Shown piece by piece: positions 61,909-64,000 of a DNA stretch of 64,000 bases. The translations under genes and the position numbers were made by a program. The stretch is from Malacoraja senta (lineage: Eukaryota). The notes beneath the pieces are model-generated. The model saw only the letters and a list, made by a program, of their open reading frames with translations, was not told where the DNA came from and did not search any database. The DNA lies in assembly GCA_038087875.1 (NCBI GenBank), contig CM075991.1:12774001-12838000 (forward strand). Reading direction: 5' to 3'. Numbering within the stretch: the stretch's first letter is position 1; each line of letters begins with the position of its first letter.

Positions 61909-61951
61909 GTAGGTCAACCCAAGAGCTTTCTGTAGGACACCTTGGGCCTAC
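61909..61951 (-). promoter_or_regulatory. MAT2A 3' UTR METTL16 hairpin, variant nonamer UACAGAAAG
   Basis: CCCAAG-GUGUCC-UACAGAAAG-CU-CUUGGG with an outer GUAGG/CCUAC stem. Confidence 0.82.
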
Positions 61952-62022
61952 CAGGGATACTGTGACTGAAGGAATTGCAATATATTCATCTTTTAAAAAA
62001 TACGACTTTTCTAAGCTGCCTA

Positions 62023-62060
62023 CTGAGACACTGGCTTCTCTGTAATACACCAAGTCTCAG
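62023..62060 (-). promoter_or_regulatory. MAT2A 3' UTR METTL16 hairpin
   Basis: CUGAGAC-UUGGUGUAU-UACAGAGAA-GCCAGU-GUCUCAG; nonamer at 62036-62044. Confidence 0.9.
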
Positions 62061-62108
62061 AATAAATAGGAACACAATATTATTCAAGTATGAAGGTTAG
62101 ATTCCTGG

Positions 62109-62162
62109 AGCCATCGTTTTACTGGCTTCTCTGTATCGACACCAGTTTAATTAACAATGGCT
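62109..62162 (-). promoter_or_regulatory. MAT2A 3' UTR METTL16 hairpin
   Basis: ACUGG-UGUCGA-UACAGAGAA-G-CCAGU with an outer AGCCAUUGUU/AACGAUGGCU stem; nonamer at 62127-62135. Confidence 0.9.
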
Positions 62163-62898
62163 GAATGGCTTCATTTGTCAGAAACCCAGGAGCTCATTGT
62201 GCAGTTATGGATATTTCCTTAAAGATAAAAAAAAAATACCAAAGTGTGCAACTTGCAGGCCTTGGAAGCAGCCCTTGACTTGTTAATCAAGGCCACAAGA
62301 GCCCGTTCAAAAAATAAGTTTAAAAAACGAGGTTTGGCTAGTGCAGAAACAACGATGCATAGCTTGTTGTTAATTCCTTTGAAAACCCTTTTGCTGTTTA
62401 AAAATCATTACGTACGTCCTCAAAGAAAATAGGGGTTGGTAAGAGAATTTTAAACTCCACACTGCTAATCCCAAAACAGGACTGCATGAGAGTCAGGACA
62501 TTGAAATTACACTGACGGGCCAGGGCTACACAATAAGCACCATCACTGGAAGTGCCCCAATGTTTGGGTCAAGCACTGACAATAGTTTAGAACCAAGCAA
62601 GACTACAAGTTTTGATTAAGGAGTGGTGTGTAAAGCAGGTCTTGCAGACTCGGGTTACAGTTGTACTGGGAACATGTAGTGTCTGGTCACCCAAACCCAA
62701 AAATTGATCCTCTGGTTTATGATCCTTTTCAACCCTCACCCTGAACAAAAAAACTACACATTAGCAAGGCAGTGGCTATCACAAGAGGGCTCGGGACAAA
62801 CTCTGCGTGATAGGGGATGGGAGCAGAGGGAAGAACCAATAGATTTTTCCACTAGCAAATGGAGTTATGGTTATGGAGGACAGGTTATACAGAAGGGG

Positions 62899-62962
62899 GT
62901 CTTTCTCCTCGAGATTCTGCAGCTTCTCTGTATTATACACCAACAGATCTGGGGAGAAAGAC
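62899..62962 (-). promoter_or_regulatory. MAT2A 3' UTR hairpin 1 (splicing-control METTL16 hairpin)
   Basis: Begins 7 nt after the stop; outer stem GUCUUUCUCC/GGAGAAAGAC; loop GGUGUAUAA-UACAGAGAA-GC; nonamer at 62924-62932. Confidence 0.92.
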
Positions 62963-62969
62963 TTTACAC

Positions 62970-63072
62970 TCAGCACTTAAGTTTTTTAGGCACTTCCCAG
63001 GGGAAGCTATCCCTACCGAAGTGGCCATAGGCTGCTGTCTTCTGGTAAATTGGCTTCTTCAAGTCCAGATCC
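62970..63072 (-). CDS. MAT2A: MAT2A S-adenosylmethionine synthase, last coding exon (rest of gene lies right of the window)
   Basis: ttttccag|[37 protein letters not shown] hairpins and tail-to-tail position with GGCX identify MAT2A rather than MAT1A. Confidence 0.96.
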
Positions 63073-63133
63073 CTGGAAAACACATTCAAATGTGTTAAGT
63101 CTTCCAATCATCCAATTCTCCACTCCCCCATCT

Positions 63134-64000
63134 CATAGATACATAGAAAATAGGTGCAGTAGGCCATTCGGCCCTTCGAGCCTGCACCGCCATTCAATAT
63201 GATCATGGCTGATCATCCAACTCAGTATCCCGTACCTGCCTTCTCTCCATACCCCCTGATCCCATTAGCCACAAGGGCCACATCTAACTCCCTCTTAAAT
63301 ATAGCCAATGAACTGGCCTCAACTACCCTCTGTGGCAGAGAGTTCCAGAGATTCACCACTCTCTGTGTGAAAAAGTTTTTCCTCATCTCGGTCTTAAAGG
63401 ATTTCCCCCTCATCCTTAAGCTGTGACCCCTTGTCCTGGACTTCCCCAACATCGGGAACAATCTTCCTGCATCTAGCCTGTCCAACCCCATAAGAATTTT
63501 GTATGTTTCTATAAGATCCCCTCTCAATCTCCTAAATTCTAGCGAGTATAAGCCAAGTCTATCCAGTCTTTCTTCATATGAAAGTCCTGACATCTCAGGA
63601 ATCAGTCTGGTGAACCTTCTCTGCACTCCCTCTATGGCTACAATGTCCTTCCTCAGATTTGGAGACCAAAACTGTACGCAATACTCCACGTGTGGTCTCA
63701 CCAAGACCATGTACAACTGCAGTAGAACCTCCCTGCTCCTATACTCAAATCCTCTTGCTATGAAAGCCAACATACCATTCGCTTTCTTCACTGCCCACTG
63801 CACCTGCATGCCTACTTTCAATGACTGGTGTACCATGACACTCGGGTCTCGCTGCATCTCCCCATTTCCTAATCGGCCACCATTTAGATAATAGTCTGCC
63901 TTCCCGTTTTTGCCACCAAAGTGGATAACCTCACATTTATCCACATTATACTGCATCTGCCAAACATTTGCCCACTCACCCAGCCTATCCAAGTCACCTT
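63134..64000 (-). mobile_element. CR1 LINE (uninterrupted ORF2 C-terminus) in the last MAT2A intron
   Basis: 256-aa open frame WQMQYNVDKCEVIHFG...LVRPHVEYCVQFWSP...RKNFFTQRVVNLWNSLP plus CR1 3' UTR. Confidence 0.93.

Overview
Vertebrate genomic DNA, most likely from a cartilaginous fish (skate/ray/shark). That call rests on the HE1/V-SINE-type SINEs, CR1, L2, Rex1/Babar and Penelope repeats, and the divergence of the proteins. The window holds the conserved RNF181-VAMP5-VAMP8-GGCX-MAT2A cluster: the last two exons of RNF181 (+), complete VAMP5-like (-), complete VAMP8 (-), an essentially complete 15-exon GGCX (+), and the last exon plus 3' UTR of MAT2A (-). GGCX has a 200-N gap in intron 6 and six single-base indels downstream of it that look like consensus errors. 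The MAT2A 3' UTR carries five UACAGAGAA-type METTL16 hairpins, the known SAM-sensing system. Introns and intergenic DNA contain about 45 short Penelope terminal-repeat insertions (counted by eye). They are often fold-back, several have 11-17 bp target-site duplications, and many carry a minimal hammerhead-ribozyme core; 66-nt tandem arrays of the same repeat recur at three loci. I found no clearly new biological system. The best leads are the hammerhead mini-elements and arrays, a recursive-splice-like AG|GTGAGT site at GGCX exon 2, a hairpin plus young CR1 at the MAT2A last-intron acceptor, and a weakly supported unannotated minus-strand exon chain between RNF181 and VAMP5.
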